DNA of 64,000 bases from an uncultured Verrucomicrobiae bacterium (GCA_963772365.1 CAVYXA010000005.1:192001-256000), one strand, 5' to 3'. Counted from the stretch's first letter, positions 38,934 through 49,182 are shown. The notes: generated by a model from the sequence alone, not told the origin. Made by a program: numbers and translations.

Positions 38934-39037
38934 GCCCGCGAATCACGCGAATGCGCGCGAATGAGAGAGATGCAAAAGCCCACTCTCAAGCTCAGCTCAT
39001 ATCTATTTCTTCGCGTCTATTCGCGTGATTCGCGGGC
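38934..39037. repeat. Empty tandem-inverted-repeat hairpin (CGCGAAT unit) between nuoJ and nuoK
   Basis: GCCCGCGAATCACGCGAAT ... ATTCGCGTGATTCGCGGGC, perfect 19-bp IR. Confidence 0.85.
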
Positions 39038-39049
39038 CGAAAGAATAGC

Positions 39050-39370
39050 ATGATTACACTCGGACAATACCTGATCGCCAGCGGAATTTTGTTCGCAATC
39101 GGATTTGCCGGAGTGATCCTGCGTCGAAATCTCATTGTCATTTTGATGTCGCTCGAATTGATGTTGAATGCGGCCAATCTCTCGCTGGTGGCGTTCTCCC
39201 GATTTCGTGTCGATCCAACTGGTATGCCGAATTACAACGCGCAGGTCTTCGTTTTTTTCATCATCACCGTGGCGGCGGCTGAAGTCGCCGTTGGCCTTGC
39301 CATCATCGTAGCTCTCTATCGCCTCCGCCAGACCACCGATGTAAAAGACATCAGCAGTTTGAAATTTTGA
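39050..39370 (+). CDS. nuoK: NADH-quinone oxidoreductase subunit K
   Basis: [29 protein letters not shown]. Confidence 0.95.
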   Translation: MITLGQYLIASGILFAIGFAGVILRRNLIVILMSLELMLNAANLSLVAFSRFRVDPTGMPNYNAQVFVFFIITVAAAEVAVGLAIIVALYRLRQTTDVKDISSLKF

Positions 39371-39851
39371 GCCCGCGAATCACGCGAATCAAAGCGAATT
39401 ATGACGGAAATCATTCATAGGAAAGAAAGTTACGCGATTATCGGGGCCTGCTTTGAGGTCTACAATGATAAGGGCTGTGGGTTTCTCGAACCGGTTTATC
39501 AGGAATGTCTCGGCATCGAATTTGAATACCAGCGGGTACCAGCGATTCCTAAACCGTTCCTCACCCTCAATTACCGTGGACGTATTTTGACACAAACTTA
39601 CGTGCCGGATTTCGTTTGCTTCGAAAAAATTATCGTTGAACTGAAAGCGGTATCGGCCCTAATCGACGAGCACCGGGCTCAGCTCCTGAATTACCTGCAC
39701 GCCACCGGCTTCGAGCTAGGCCTATTAGTGAATTTTGGCCATTACCCGAAACTTGAACATGAACGCATTGCAAAGACTCGGTACATACCACCAAAATCCG
39801 ACTTTTCAGATGTGTCTTTGTAAATTCGCGTTAATTCGCGTGATTCGCGGG
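39371..39851. mobile_element. Inverted-arm cassette 3 (CGCGAAT arms around the GxxExxY gene)
   Basis: 39372-39400 matches the reverse complement of 39823-39851 at 27/29; arms abut the ATG and the stop. Confidence 0.7.
39401..39823 (+). CDS. GxxExxY protein (PD-(D/E)XK nuclease-like fold)
   Basis: GFLEPVY, PDF...IIVELKA, AQLLNYL..TG...GLLVNFG. Confidence 0.92.
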   Translation: MTEIIHRKESYAIIGACFEVYNDKGCGFLEPVYQECLGIEFEYQRVPAIPKPFLTLNYRGRILTQTYVPDFVCFEKIIVELKAVSALIDEHRAQLLNYLHATGFELGLLVNFGHYPKLEHERIAKTRYIPPKSDFSDVSL

Positions 39852-39859
39852 TCAATCCA

Positions 39860-41656
39860 ATGAATTCAATCTTGCCATGGATCATTCTGCTCGCGCCGCT
39901 GGTATCCGCGGTGATGATCACCGTCTTTACACTTCGCTCGAGAAAATTGAGCAGTTTCATCTCGGTCGCGGCTGTGTTCGTGAGTTTTGTCTGCAGTTGT
40001 TTGCTGTTCGTTCGAGGAAATCTTCCCGCTGTCGAGCTGAACTGGATCGACATTAGCGGCGGCCTGAGTGTTCCGCTCGGATTCCTATTAGATCAATTGA
40101 GCAAAACAATGCTCGTTCTGGTGTCGGGCGTTGGTTTGATCATTCACATTTATTCGCTCGGCTACATGCGCGGCGATGATGGCAAATCCCGCTATTTCGC
40201 CGGTCTGTCGCTCTTCATGTTCGCGATGCTCGGGATCGTCCTTTCGAACAATTTCGTCATGCTCTTTATTTTTTGGGAGCTGGTCGGCTTTACCTCCTAT
40301 TTGTTGATTGGGCATTGGTTTGAGCGGAACGCAGCTGCGGACGCCGCGAAGAAGGCTTTCATCACGACCCGAATCGGCGACTTCGGATTCATGCTGGGCA
40401 TCCTCATGATTTGGATGCCGACGGGCTCCGTGGTTTTTTCCGAACTGGCCGAGCGGATGTCGATCCTGACAGATCATCCCGCCTATGTGACTGCTGCCGC
40501 GCTTTTGATCTTTTGCGGTGCAGTTGGGAAATCGGCCCAATTTCCGCTGCACGTGTGGTTGCCCGACGCCATGGAAGGTCCGACACCGGTTTCGGCGTTG
40601 ATCCACGCCGCGACGATGGTGGCAGCGGGAGTTTACATGCTGGCGCGCGTCGGGTTCATCATTCAAACCTCGCCAGCGGCTCTCGCGGTTATCGCATGGA
40701 TTGGCACCATCACCGCGCTCATGGCCGCGTTGATGGCGACGCAGCAGGACGATATCAAACGCATCCTGGCCTATTCTACTCTCTCGCAACTTGGTTACAT
40801 GGTGATGGCAATCGGGCTGACCTCGAGCAGCGCGGCCATGTTTCACCTTTTTACCCACGCATTTTTCAAAGCGCTGCTCTTTCTCGGCGCCGGTTCGATC
40901 ATCGTTGCGCTGCATCACGAACAAGACATTTGGGAAATGGGCGGCCTTGCGCGGAATTTGAAGTTAACGTTCGTCACCTTTTTGATCGGCGGACTTGCCC
41001 TCATGGGTTGCCCACCGTTCAGCGGATTTTTCAGTAAGGATGCAATCCTGGCGCTGGCCTACGAAAAAAACATGCCGATCTTCGTGCTCGGCCTCGGCAC
41101 GGCGTTTCTGACTGCCTTTTACGCGACGCGGATGTTGGTGGTCGTGTTCTTTGGCCATCCGCGCGGGCATGCTGCGCGGGTGAGCCGGGAGTCACCGCTT
41201 GTCATGACCCTTCCCCTGATTGCGCTCGCCGGGCTCGTGATTCTGAGCAGCATCGAATCTTTCAATCAACGATTTCTTCCGCTCCCGACCGAAAGCGGGG
41301 CGTCTCGAAATGTCCTGCTATTAGCCACCGGTGCATTGGTTTTCGGTGCAGGCCTGGCGATCTTGTTTTATCGTGGGCGCGCCACCGAGGCGGTGCACGT
41401 CAATCTTCTCCGGCGCCGTTTTTACATCGACGACTTTTATCAGTGGTTGATTCACTGGACGCAGGACCTGCTCGCGCGCGTTTCAGCTTTTTTTGATCGC
41501 TGGATTATCGACGCCCTAGCCGTGCGCGGCACCAGTGGCGGAACATGGGGAATCGGTGCCGTGCTTCGGCTCATTCAGGTCGGTAATCTCCAAGCCTATG
41601 CGTTCCTGCTCGGTCTCGGCGTCATTGCCCTGATCTATTTCGCGCTGTCGGGGTAA
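39860..41656 (+). CDS. nuoL: NADH-quinone oxidoreductase subunit L
   Basis: GKSAQFPLHVWLPDAMEGPTPVSALIHAATMV. Confidence 0.97.
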   Translation: MNSILPWIILLAPLVSAVMITVFTLRSRKLSSFISVAAVFVSFVCSCLLFVRGNLPAVELNWIDISGGLSVPLGFLLDQLSKTMLVLVSGVGLIIHIYSLGYMRGDDGKSRYFAGLSLFMFAMLGIVLSNNFVMLFIFWELVGFTSYLLIGHWFERNAAADAAKKAFITTRIGDFGFMLGILMIWMPTGSVVFSELAERMSILTDHPAYVTAAALLIFCGAVGKSAQFPLHVWLPDAMEGPTPVSALIHAATMVAAGVYMLARVGFIIQTSPAALAVIAWIGTITALMAALMATQQDDIKRILAYSTLSQLGYMVMAIGLTSSSAAMFHLFTHAFFKALLFLGAGSIIVALHHEQDIWEMGGLARNLKLTFVTFLIGGLALMGCPPFSGFFSKDAILALAYEKNMPIFVLGLGTAFLTAFYATRMLVVVFFGHPRGHAARVSRESPLVMTLPLIALAGLVILSSIESFNQRFLPLPTESGASRNVLLLATGALVFGAGLAILFYRGRATEAVHVNLLRRRFYIDDFYQWLIHWTQDLLARVSAFFDRWIIDALAVRGTSGGTWGIGAVLRLIQVGNLQAYAFLLGLGVIALIYFALSG

Positions 41657-41667
41657 ATACGTAAGCC

Positions 41668-43146
41668 ATGCTTTTGTTCATTATCTTCTGCCCGTTTGTG
41701 GCCGCCATTTTGATCATGGCTCGCGCGCCGGCGCGAAAGACAGCCCTGGCGGCTTCGGCGCTCACATTGATCGCCACATTATTCCTTTTTGTGACGTTCA
41801 ACAGATCGGCACCAGGTTTTGAGCACGTGACTTCATTCACAATCCTGTCCGATTGGCATTTGCGGTTCACCACGGGCATCGACGGCCTGAACGTGATCAT
41901 GATATTGCTCGCGGCCATTGTCACTGTAGCGGCTGTCTCCTTCACAAGTAAGATCGACAAGTTTGAGAACCAATTCTACGCCTGCCTTCTGTTCATATCA
42001 GGCGGGGTGATTGGCGCATTTGCATCGCTCGATCTCTTTTTCTTTTACGCCTTTCACGAGATCGCACTGATTCCCACTTTTTTACTGATCGGGATTTGGG
42101 GCAGCGGCAATCGCGTGGCAGCCGCGTGGAAGATCACGATCTATCTTGCGGTCGGAAGTTTCATTCTGCTCTTGGGATTGATCCTGCTTTACCAAAGTGT
42201 TCCAGCGGCAACCCGCAGCTTCGACATTCGCGAACTACAGGCCGCGATCGCCACGATGCAACTTCCGGCTAACGCGCAGCATCACGTCTATCTGCTACTT
42301 CTGACCGGTTTCGGCGTTCTCGTGTCGTTGTTTCCATTTCACAGCTGGGCGCCGGAAGCGTACGCCTCTGCGCCTCCGCCTGCCGCGATGTTGCACGCGG
42401 GCGTGCTGAAAAAATTCGGTCTCTACGGTTTGTTGCGGATCGCTCTTCCGCTGCTGCCAGAAGGCGCGCGACACTGGAACCAGGTGCTGATCATCTTCCT
42501 TCTCGGCAACATTATTTACATAGGCCTCGTTACGATCGCTCAGAAACGGCTCGATTGGATGCTCGGCTACTCCAGTGTCATGCACATGGGTTATATTTTT
42601 CTAGGAATTGCCGCCGCCAACACGGTGAGTACGACCGGCGCGGCAACTTTGATCTTCGCTCACGGACTTTCCATCGCGCTGCTTTTTGCCATCGCGGGAG
42701 AAATCCGGAAACGGACCGGCACACTCGTCCTCGATGATCTGGGTGGACTTGGCAAAGTGATGCCGCTCGCCGGGCTGGCGTTTGGTTTGGGTGCATTCGC
42801 TGCGATCGGTCTTCCCGGCTTTGCCAATTTTTCAGGCGAAATCATGATCTTCTTTGGGGCGTTTCGAAAAGGCTGGGAGATAGGCCGTTTTCATGTATTT
42901 CAAATCGCCACTGTGCTCGCGATTTGGGGTGTCGTAATTTCAGCGATTTACATGCTGCGCGCCTACCGCAAAGCATTCATGGGAACGCCGGAGGATGGGC
43001 GAAAGGCATTTGTTGATCTTAGGTCCGGGCTGCGCTGGGCGGTTGCCCTTCTGGTCGTTGCTTCACTCTGGATTGGATTTCACCCGCAATCATTCGTCAG
43101 GGTTCTCACTCCCACTTTCAACGCATATTTCGCCGCGAACCGATGA
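41668..43146 (+). CDS. nuoM: NADH-quinone oxidoreductase subunit M
   Basis: Antiporter-like: FPFHSWAPEAY, YSSVMHMG, GLPGFANF.GE; lies between nuoL and nuoN. Confidence 0.93.
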   Translation: MLLFIIFCPFVAAILIMARAPARKTALAASALTLIATLFLFVTFNRSAPGFEHVTSFTILSDWHLRFTTGIDGLNVIMILLAAIVTVAAVSFTSKIDKFENQFYACLLFISGGVIGAFASLDLFFFYAFHEIALIPTFLLIGIWGSGNRVAAAWKITIYLAVGSFILLLGLILLYQSVPAATRSFDIRELQAAIATMQLPANAQHHVYLLLLTGFGVLVSLFPFHSWAPEAYASAPPPAAMLHAGVLKKFGLYGLLRIALPLLPEGARHWNQVLIIFLLGNIIYIGLVTIAQKRLDWMLGYSSVMHMGYIFLGIAAANTVSTTGAATLIFAHGLSIALLFAIAGEIRKRTGTLVLDDLGGLGKVMPLAGLAFGLGAFAAIGLPGFANFSGEIMIFFGAFRKGWEIGRFHVFQIATVLAIWGVVISAIYMLRAYRKAFMGTPEDGRKAFVDLRSGLRWAVALLVVASLWIGFHPQSFVRVLTPTFNAYFAANR

Positions 43147-44570
43147 TCGCGATTACGGCGCCAATGCTGGAGATCTTCGTGCTCGTATTGGGCATGGGCA
43201 TGCTGATGTTGGAAGCGTTCACTACGAAGATCGACAAACGTTTTCTGGCCTACGCTGGAATTGCTGGTCTCGCGATTGTGTTGATCATCAGTTTCTTTTT
43301 GGCTCCGGCTCCTTCGCCGGAGCACGCGACCGGGTTTTGGAATTTTTACACGGCCGACGCGTTGTCGATCTTCTTTAAACGTTTCGCGCTACTCACCACA
43401 ATTCTGGTGTTGATCATGATGATTGATTACGCGCCGGTGGTTCACGAGTCGTTTCCAGGCCCGGGCCAGTCAGGTCTGGGCGAATTTTTTGCCGTCCCGA
43501 TCTTCACCTGCGCCGGGCTCATGTATCTTGTCTCGGCAATCGACTTCATTTTCATCTTCGTCGCGCTCGAGCTCGTGACGATTTCCTTTTACGTGCTGGT
43601 CAGTTTCACGAGAAAGAATCCGGTGACGCTGGAGGCTGGGGTGAAATATCTTGTCCTGAGCGCGCTTTCGACAGCCTTTCTTGTTTATGGAATCACCTGG
43701 CTGTTTGGCGTAACCGGCCAAACGAATTTGCATCGCATTTCGGTGGCGCTCAGCAACGGTTCCGTCGAGCGCGAACCTGCGCTGTTTGGAATGGTGCTCG
43801 TGTTGGTTGCTGTCGGTTTCAAGATTGCCGCGGTTCCATTTCAGATCTGGGTGCCGGATGTTTATCAGGGCGCGCCGACACCGGTAACTGCATTTCTCTC
43901 AGTCGGATCAAAGGCCGCCGGGTTCGTCGTTTTGCTTCGTGTATTGCAGCCGTTCCTAATGTTGCCGCAAATCCATCGCCTGATCGTTTTGATTGCGCTG
44001 CTCACGTTGATCTACGGCAATCTCTCTGCGCTGCCGCAACGCAATTTAAAGCGATTGCTGGCATATTCGAGCATTGCTCATGCTGGCTATCTGCTAATGG
44101 GGGTGGCCTCGTTCGACGGCCGGGCAGTGTCGTTCTACTTGGTGGCTTATATGACGATGACGCTATTGAGTTTTGCCGTTTTGATCATTGTCGCCCAACA
44201 AACCGGCGAAGAGATCGCCGATTTCGATGGATTAGCCGCGCGTTCGCCATTCCTCGCTTTTGCGATGTTGATAGGAATGATTTCGCTGGCGGGTGTTCCT
44301 TTCACCGGCGGATTTCTCGGAAAATTTTTCATCTTCTATGCAGCGCTCGCGCAGGGGCAGATTGCGCTTGTTGTTGTCGGTGTCATCGCCGTGGGCTGCG
44401 GATTTTATTATTATTTGAAAGTAATCCGCGCGATGTATTGGCAGCCGGCGGCGAAGATCGACAAAATTTCCGTGAGCAATCTTTCTCGGGTCGCCATCAT
44501 CGGCTTGATTATCGCAACGATTTGGCTGGGTGTATTCCCGCAGCCAATTCTGGACGCGTTAAGGCGCTGA
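43143..44570 (+). CDS. nuoN: NADH-quinone oxidoreductase subunit N
   Basis: FKIAAVPFQIWVPDVYQGAPTPV, KRLLAYSSIAHAGY. Confidence 0.96.
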   Translation: MIAITAPMLEIFVLVLGMGMLMLEAFTTKIDKRFLAYAGIAGLAIVLIISFFLAPAPSPEHATGFWNFYTADALSIFFKRFALLTTILVLIMMIDYAPVVHESFPGPGQSGLGEFFAVPIFTCAGLMYLVSAIDFIFIFVALELVTISFYVLVSFTRKNPVTLEAGVKYLVLSALSTAFLVYGITWLFGVTGQTNLHRISVALSNGSVEREPALFGMVLVLVAVGFKIAAVPFQIWVPDVYQGAPTPVTAFLSVGSKAAGFVVLLRVLQPFLMLPQIHRLIVLIALLTLIYGNLSALPQRNLKRLLAYSSIAHAGYLLMGVASFDGRAVSFYLVAYMTMTLLSFAVLIIVAQQTGEEIADFDGLAARSPFLAFAMLIGMISLAGVPFTGGFLGKFFIFYAALAQGQIALVVVGVIAVGCGFYYYLKVIRAMYWQPAAKIDKISVSNLSRVAIIGLIIATIWLGVFPQPILDALRR

Positions 44571-44573
44571 AGA

Positions 44574-44640
44574 GTTAAAAAGTTAAAAGGTTACAACGTT
44601 ACAAAGGAGATTTCCCTTTTTAGCTTTGTAGCCTTTTAAC
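44574..44640. repeat. Empty octamer tandem-inverted-repeat hairpin after nuoN (may also act as terminator)
   Basis: GTTAAAAA-GTTAAAAG-GTTACAAC-GTTACAAA ... CTTTTTAG-CTTTGTAG-CCTTTTAAC. Confidence 0.7.
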
Positions 44641-44656
44641 GAATCACTTGGCGACG

Positions 44657-45268
44657 CTAGTCGCTCAATTCGACGTTCCAATACGCGAGATCGACAAAGT
44701 GTCTCCAGCTTTCGTGCTGCGGTGCTTGGAATGTAATCTGCACGAACGGCCGCCACTTCGGCCGCTTTGGTTTGCGGATTAAAGTCATTTGCACTTCGCG
44801 CGCGAGCCGATTGCCCTTGCGAGTATTACAGGGAATACAGGAGCAGACTACGTTCTCCCAATTCGTCGTTCCGCCGCGGTCGCGCGGAATGACATGATCG
44901 AGATTCAAATCGTTGCGATCAAAAATCTGGCCGCAGTACTGACAGGTGTTCTTGTCGCGCTCGAACACATTATGCCGGGTAAACTTCACTTCCTTCTTCG
45001 GCAACCGATCGAAAAACAACAGCACAATCACCCGCGGGATCCGGATCTTGAACGAAATCGTCGTGACCAGCTCGTGGTCCGGGGCATTCGCAGAAAAATC
45101 GCGCCAGCTCTCGAAGTCATGGGTAAGAAAATTGTCCGTTTCGTCCGAGGAAACGACATGTGCGTGCCCCGCATAAACCAGAGAAAAAGCGCGTCGGGCA
45201 GAACAGATATTGACCGCCTGCCAGAGACGGTTCAGCACCAAAACCTGACTGTTTAACGAGGATTGCAA
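44657..45268 (-). CDS. HNH endonuclease
   Basis: VLVLN, RD..TCQYCG, LDHVIPR..GG...WENVV..C..CN..K; GGAGG RBS before TTG at 45268. Confidence 0.9.
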   Translation of the reverse strand: MQSSLNSQVLVLNRLWQAVNICSARRAFSLVYAGHAHVVSSDETDNFLTHDFESWRDFSANAPDHELVTTISFKIRIPRVIVLLFFDRLPKKEVKFTRHNVFERDKNTCQYCGQIFDRNDLNLDHVIPRDRGGTTNWENVVCSCIPCNTRKGNRLAREVQMTLIRKPKRPKWRPFVQITFQAPQHESWRHFVDLAYWNVELSD

Positions 45269-45437
45269 ATATCGCCCTCCAGCCGCTTTGTTCCCGCCAA
45301 CCGCGAGCAATTCGCGGAAATCGGCGCGAAACTATCACCCGCGTTTTTCCTTGTCAACGAAGCCAAAACGGACAAGGCCAGATTATTATCCTGGCGCGAT
45401 GCTAGTTCAGACAACAAACGAACCAGCGCATAAGAAT

Positions 45438-45641
45438 ATGGGAGGACAAGGTTCAACCGGGAATGTGATCGCCGCACTATGCAGTTTCTTCATCCCCGGT
45501 CTCGGGCAATTACTGCAAGGCCGGTTGCTTATGGCCGGGATTCAGTTTTGCCTCGCTGCAGTGCTCTGGTTTGTCTTGCTCGGTTGGGTGATCCACATCT
45601 GGTCAATCCTCGACGCGGCGCTGTTCAAGCCGCGGGGTTAA
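45438..45641 (+). CDS. Small membrane protein (TM2-like motif)
   Basis: AALCSFFIPGLGQLLQGR. Confidence 0.7.
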   Translation: MGGQGSTGNVIAALCSFFIPGLGQLLQGRLLMAGIQFCLAAVLWFVLLGWVIHIWSILDAALFKPRG

Positions 45642-45645
45642 ACCG

Positions 45646-47857
45646 CTAGTGGCGGTTACCGAGCTTTTTCTGTGTGCCAAATCCCGTCGCAGGAGAAACC
45701 GACCCAATTTGCGATTTGATAATAGCCGTATCCGACACGTTGATCGTACCGTTGGCAGTCACGTCCGATCGAAAATTGTTCGCGTTTACCTCCTGGCCGA
45801 TGCGCATGTTCGTCTGGCTGACGTCGTATTCAATTACGAATCCATTTGCGTCGATGTCCCCCAGCAGAATGCGCATTGGAATGTCGACATCATTTGTAGT
45901 ACCGGCGTCATGCACTCCCGCTAATCTCACCACGATTTCCTGCGCGTTCGCTACGCCAGTCAGATTTATTGTCATCTCTGAACCTGTCAGTATGGCATCG
46001 GTCACATTTCCGATGCCGCTGATTACGCTTGCAGAATTGGCCGTGACGGATGATGCGAAGTTCAAGACGATTTGATGATCGCCATTCGCGCCACCGGTTC
46101 GACACTCGATTCCTGGAGTACCGGTGAGCGGAAGATCGACATCGAACGTACCGGCTTGACCGTGGATCTTGCGCGAGATGGTTGAGAGCGGGGAAAGAAT
46201 CCCTGCGGTACTCAAAGGCACCTTTGTCCGCGGCACCGCTGCGTAAGAAATAACGCTGATCGCGCATCGGCGCGTTCGGATCACCGGAGTCAATCGCAGG
46301 ACTCTGCGACAGTAAAGCGATCGTCTGCGTCGGCCCGCCGTTGTCCTGCAACCCAGCCGGATCAAGCATCGGATCGGTGTTGATTTGGTCTCCTGTGAAA
46401 TTCAAAAACCCGCCGCCATCATCGCTACTTAGATTGTAGCCGCTTGAACTAATTGTTCCGTTCGAGTTGTATAAGTTTTCGCCGGACGTCCCATTGTTCA
46501 GAATTGTATTGCGCACGGACAATGTCGGATAAGCATTGGTTCCAAATACGAAAATCCCGCCGCCATGGATCGGGGCTGAGTTTTCGCTCAAACTGCAATT
46601 CGCTACTGTCAGTGTGGAGTTTGTGGTGGCAAAGGATCGACAATAGATGGCGCCGCCGCCGTCCACATCAGGATCTACTAGCCCGTTATTGTACGTAGCA
46701 TTGCGAAAAAACGAGCTATTGCTAATCACCGTCGGTAAGAACGTTGATGGGGTGACAAAAATACCTGCCCCATCAAGCGCCGAGTTATCGTTGAACGTGC
46801 TGTTTGTTACGGTTAAGCCGGCCAACCCATGCACATATCCGCAGCATTCGGCGCTGTAGATCGCACCACCAAGGTTTGCCGAATTATTTGCAAAAGTCGT
46901 ATCGAAAGCGTTCACGACAGCATGTGCAACTGGATCGGTAATGCCGTTGCGGTAGCTGTAGTTGTAAACGGCACCTCCATCGCCAGAGGCTGAATTATTG
47001 GTGAGATTGCAGTTTCTCAATGTCAGCACGGAGTCGTATTCATCGGAGGCAACGTTATTGGCTACTGCTCCCCCGTCGGACATTGATGTGTTTCTATCAA
47101 ATCTCGAATTCACGATTGACATCGTGCCACCAACACCATTCGCCACAGCTCCACCAACACCGCTATTTTCGATGAAATCGCAATCAGTCAGCGCTGCATA
47201 GTAATGCGTATTATTGATGGCTCCGCCAAGACCAGCGGAATTATTGTGGAAAGTGCAGCCGACGATTGTCAGGTCTGCGGCGCGGCTGTCGATCGCGCCA
47301 CCACTGCTACCGTAACCACCCGCGATATTGCTGCTGAAATTGCTATCCGTGCCCATTACTGTCCCGAAGGTCGAATAAATGCCGCCGCCATGTTTGGCCT
47401 GGTTATTGGCGATCACACAGTCATTGAGTCGCAGGACGCCATCTGAATTATAAATGGCTCCGCCGAACGACTCCGCGTCAAGAGGTAACCCGCCGTTAGC
47501 CACGGTCAGTTCAAACAACGAGACCCGAGTAGAATAATCGAGATATAAGATGCGAAACAGCCGCACCTCATTGCCCGAAGCGCGTTGAATCGTCGCGCCA
47601 TTCCCGCGAATTGTAAGCGCATGGTAATCGTCGCCGAGAATTCGCGGCAAACCGTTCTCCTCATCATCTACGGCGACCAGAGTGTAGGTTCCGTTCTTTG
47701 CGAGTTCGATTGTGTCGTCTTCGGCGTTTGTGTTGCTCACGTTGATAGCATTTTTGAGCGCATCCACGTCTCCATCTGGGATGATGAAAACGGCACCGCT
47801 GCTTGCGCGAACGAAGAGAATTGCAGCGATGGCTAGAGAAAGAACTAGCGGCTTCAC
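45646..47857 (-). CDS. Secreted GGAI/FxxN-repeat protein with SRKIH + dockerin-like tail (frameshift near 46205)
   Basis: Polymorphic-membrane-type repeats, LQDNGGPTQTIALL..SPAID..GAFE, then SRKIHG...PGIECR in the next frame. Confidence 0.8.
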
Positions 47858-47994
47858 GATCTTGAGTTTCGGGTTCCAAATCTACCAGATTGCCTGCTGA
47901 TTCCACAAAAACATTTTGTTCGTAATGAACCGGCGGCAGTCAAATTTCTAGGCGCGCTTGCCTTCGGTGGAAAAGCAGCTTAGAAAAAGCGTCC

Positions 47995-48678
47995 GTGATT
48001 GAGTATATCCAGAAGGGCGGGTTGCTGATGTGGCCGATTCTGGTCTGCAGCATCATTTCCATTGCTGTGTTTGCAGAGCGGCTTTTCTATTTGCACCGCG
48101 CGACCATTCATGTCGGCGAGTTTTTGAAAGGATTGTCGAACCTGATTCAGCGGCGGAACTTTGCCGAAGCATTGCATGAATCGGCTGGCACGCCCGGGCC
48201 GGTGGCGAGAGTGATTCACGCAGCGATCATTCGGCACGATTCGCCGCGGGCGGAATTACGCGATATCGTGCAGGAAGCTGGCCAACTTGAAGTTCCGAAA
48301 TTGGAACGGTTCCTCGGAGTGCTGGCGACGATTGCTTTTCTGGCGCCTTTGCTTGGATTGCTCGGGACAGTTGCCGGCATGATCGACGCCTTCGGAACAA
48401 TCACGTCCAGCGGCGGCTATGTAACGGTGACCGAACTTTCGCGCGGCATTTATAAGAGCTTGTTGACAACTGCCGCCGGTCTCGTCGTGGCAACACCAAC
48501 CCTGGTTGCCTATAGTTATCTCTCCTCGCGAGTGACATCGATGATGCACGATATGGAGCGCGCCGGGATCGAGATCGTCCACATGCTGACGGAAAGCAAA
48601 CCGCTGGGCGGAATCATCAGTTTTCAGCACCCGAGCGAAAAAGCCGCGCGCGAACGTGAAGCGCGGCAGGATCGTTAG
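47995..48678 (+). CDS. exbB: MotA/TolQ/ExbB family protein
   Basis: GG..MWPI, APLLGLLGTV.GMI..F, LLTTAAGL. Confidence 0.88.
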   Translation: MIEYIQKGGLLMWPILVCSIISIAVFAERLFYLHRATIHVGEFLKGLSNLIQRRNFAEALHESAGTPGPVARVIHAAIIRHDSPRAELRDIVQEAGQLEVPKLERFLGVLATIAFLAPLLGLLGTVAGMIDAFGTITSSGGYVTVTELSRGIYKSLLTTAAGLVVATPTLVAYSYLSSRVTSMMHDMERAGIEIVHMLTESKPLGGIISFQHPSEKAAREREARQDR

Positions 48679-48701
48679 AGCGACATCACACCAACGCGCG
48701 C

Positions 48702-49112
48702 ATGAAGCTTAGTCGGACGAAGGAATATCACTTCGGCTGGCTTGTGGTGTTACCGCTGCTGGACATCGTCTTTCTGCTCGTTTTTTTTGTGCTGCTCAGC
48801 TCCCATTTCATTCTGCAGCCGGGCATTTCGGTCTCAATGCCGTTCTCGCGATTTAGCCTCGGTCCGCAGGTAGATCAGCAAATCATCAGCATCACCGGCG
48901 GTTCGGCACCTGTGATTTATTTCCGCGACCAAAAAGTAAAGCTCGAGCAACTCGGGCCGATGCTGGACAGCGCAAAACGCCAGGGACGATCGATCGTTAT
49001 TAAGGCCGACCGGTTTACTCCTTATCAAGTTGTGATGGAAGTGACGAACACGGCATTGGAACACGGAATCACTTCTGTTTCCCTGGCTGCGACTCCGGCC
49101 ACATCGCGATGA
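48702..49112 (+). CDS. exbD: ExbD/TolR family protein
   Basis: PLLDIVFLLVFF, IVIKADR. Confidence 0.88.
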   Translation: MKLSRTKEYHFGWLVVLPLLDIVFLLVFFVLLSSHFILQPGISVSMPFSRFSLGPQVDQQIISITGGSAPVIYFRDQKVKLEQLGPMLDSAKRQGRSIVIKADRFTPYQVVMEVTNTALEHGITSVSLAATPATSR

Positions 49113-49182
49113 ATGTTGCACTTTTTCGGATGATCTGCTCGAAGGGAAAGCTGGCAGCTTCCCCTGCACCGCCTCTTTGGCA

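Noticed and set aside
40088..40924. Long antisense ORFs (also 13687..14385, 22155..23075, 35502..36314)
   Set aside because: Shadows of real genes caused by high-GC codon bias.
44657..45268. HNH gene as a homing or mobile element linked to the adjacent hairpin
   Set aside because: It is not enclosed by arms; it has its own RBS and looks like a stand-alone conserved HNH protein.
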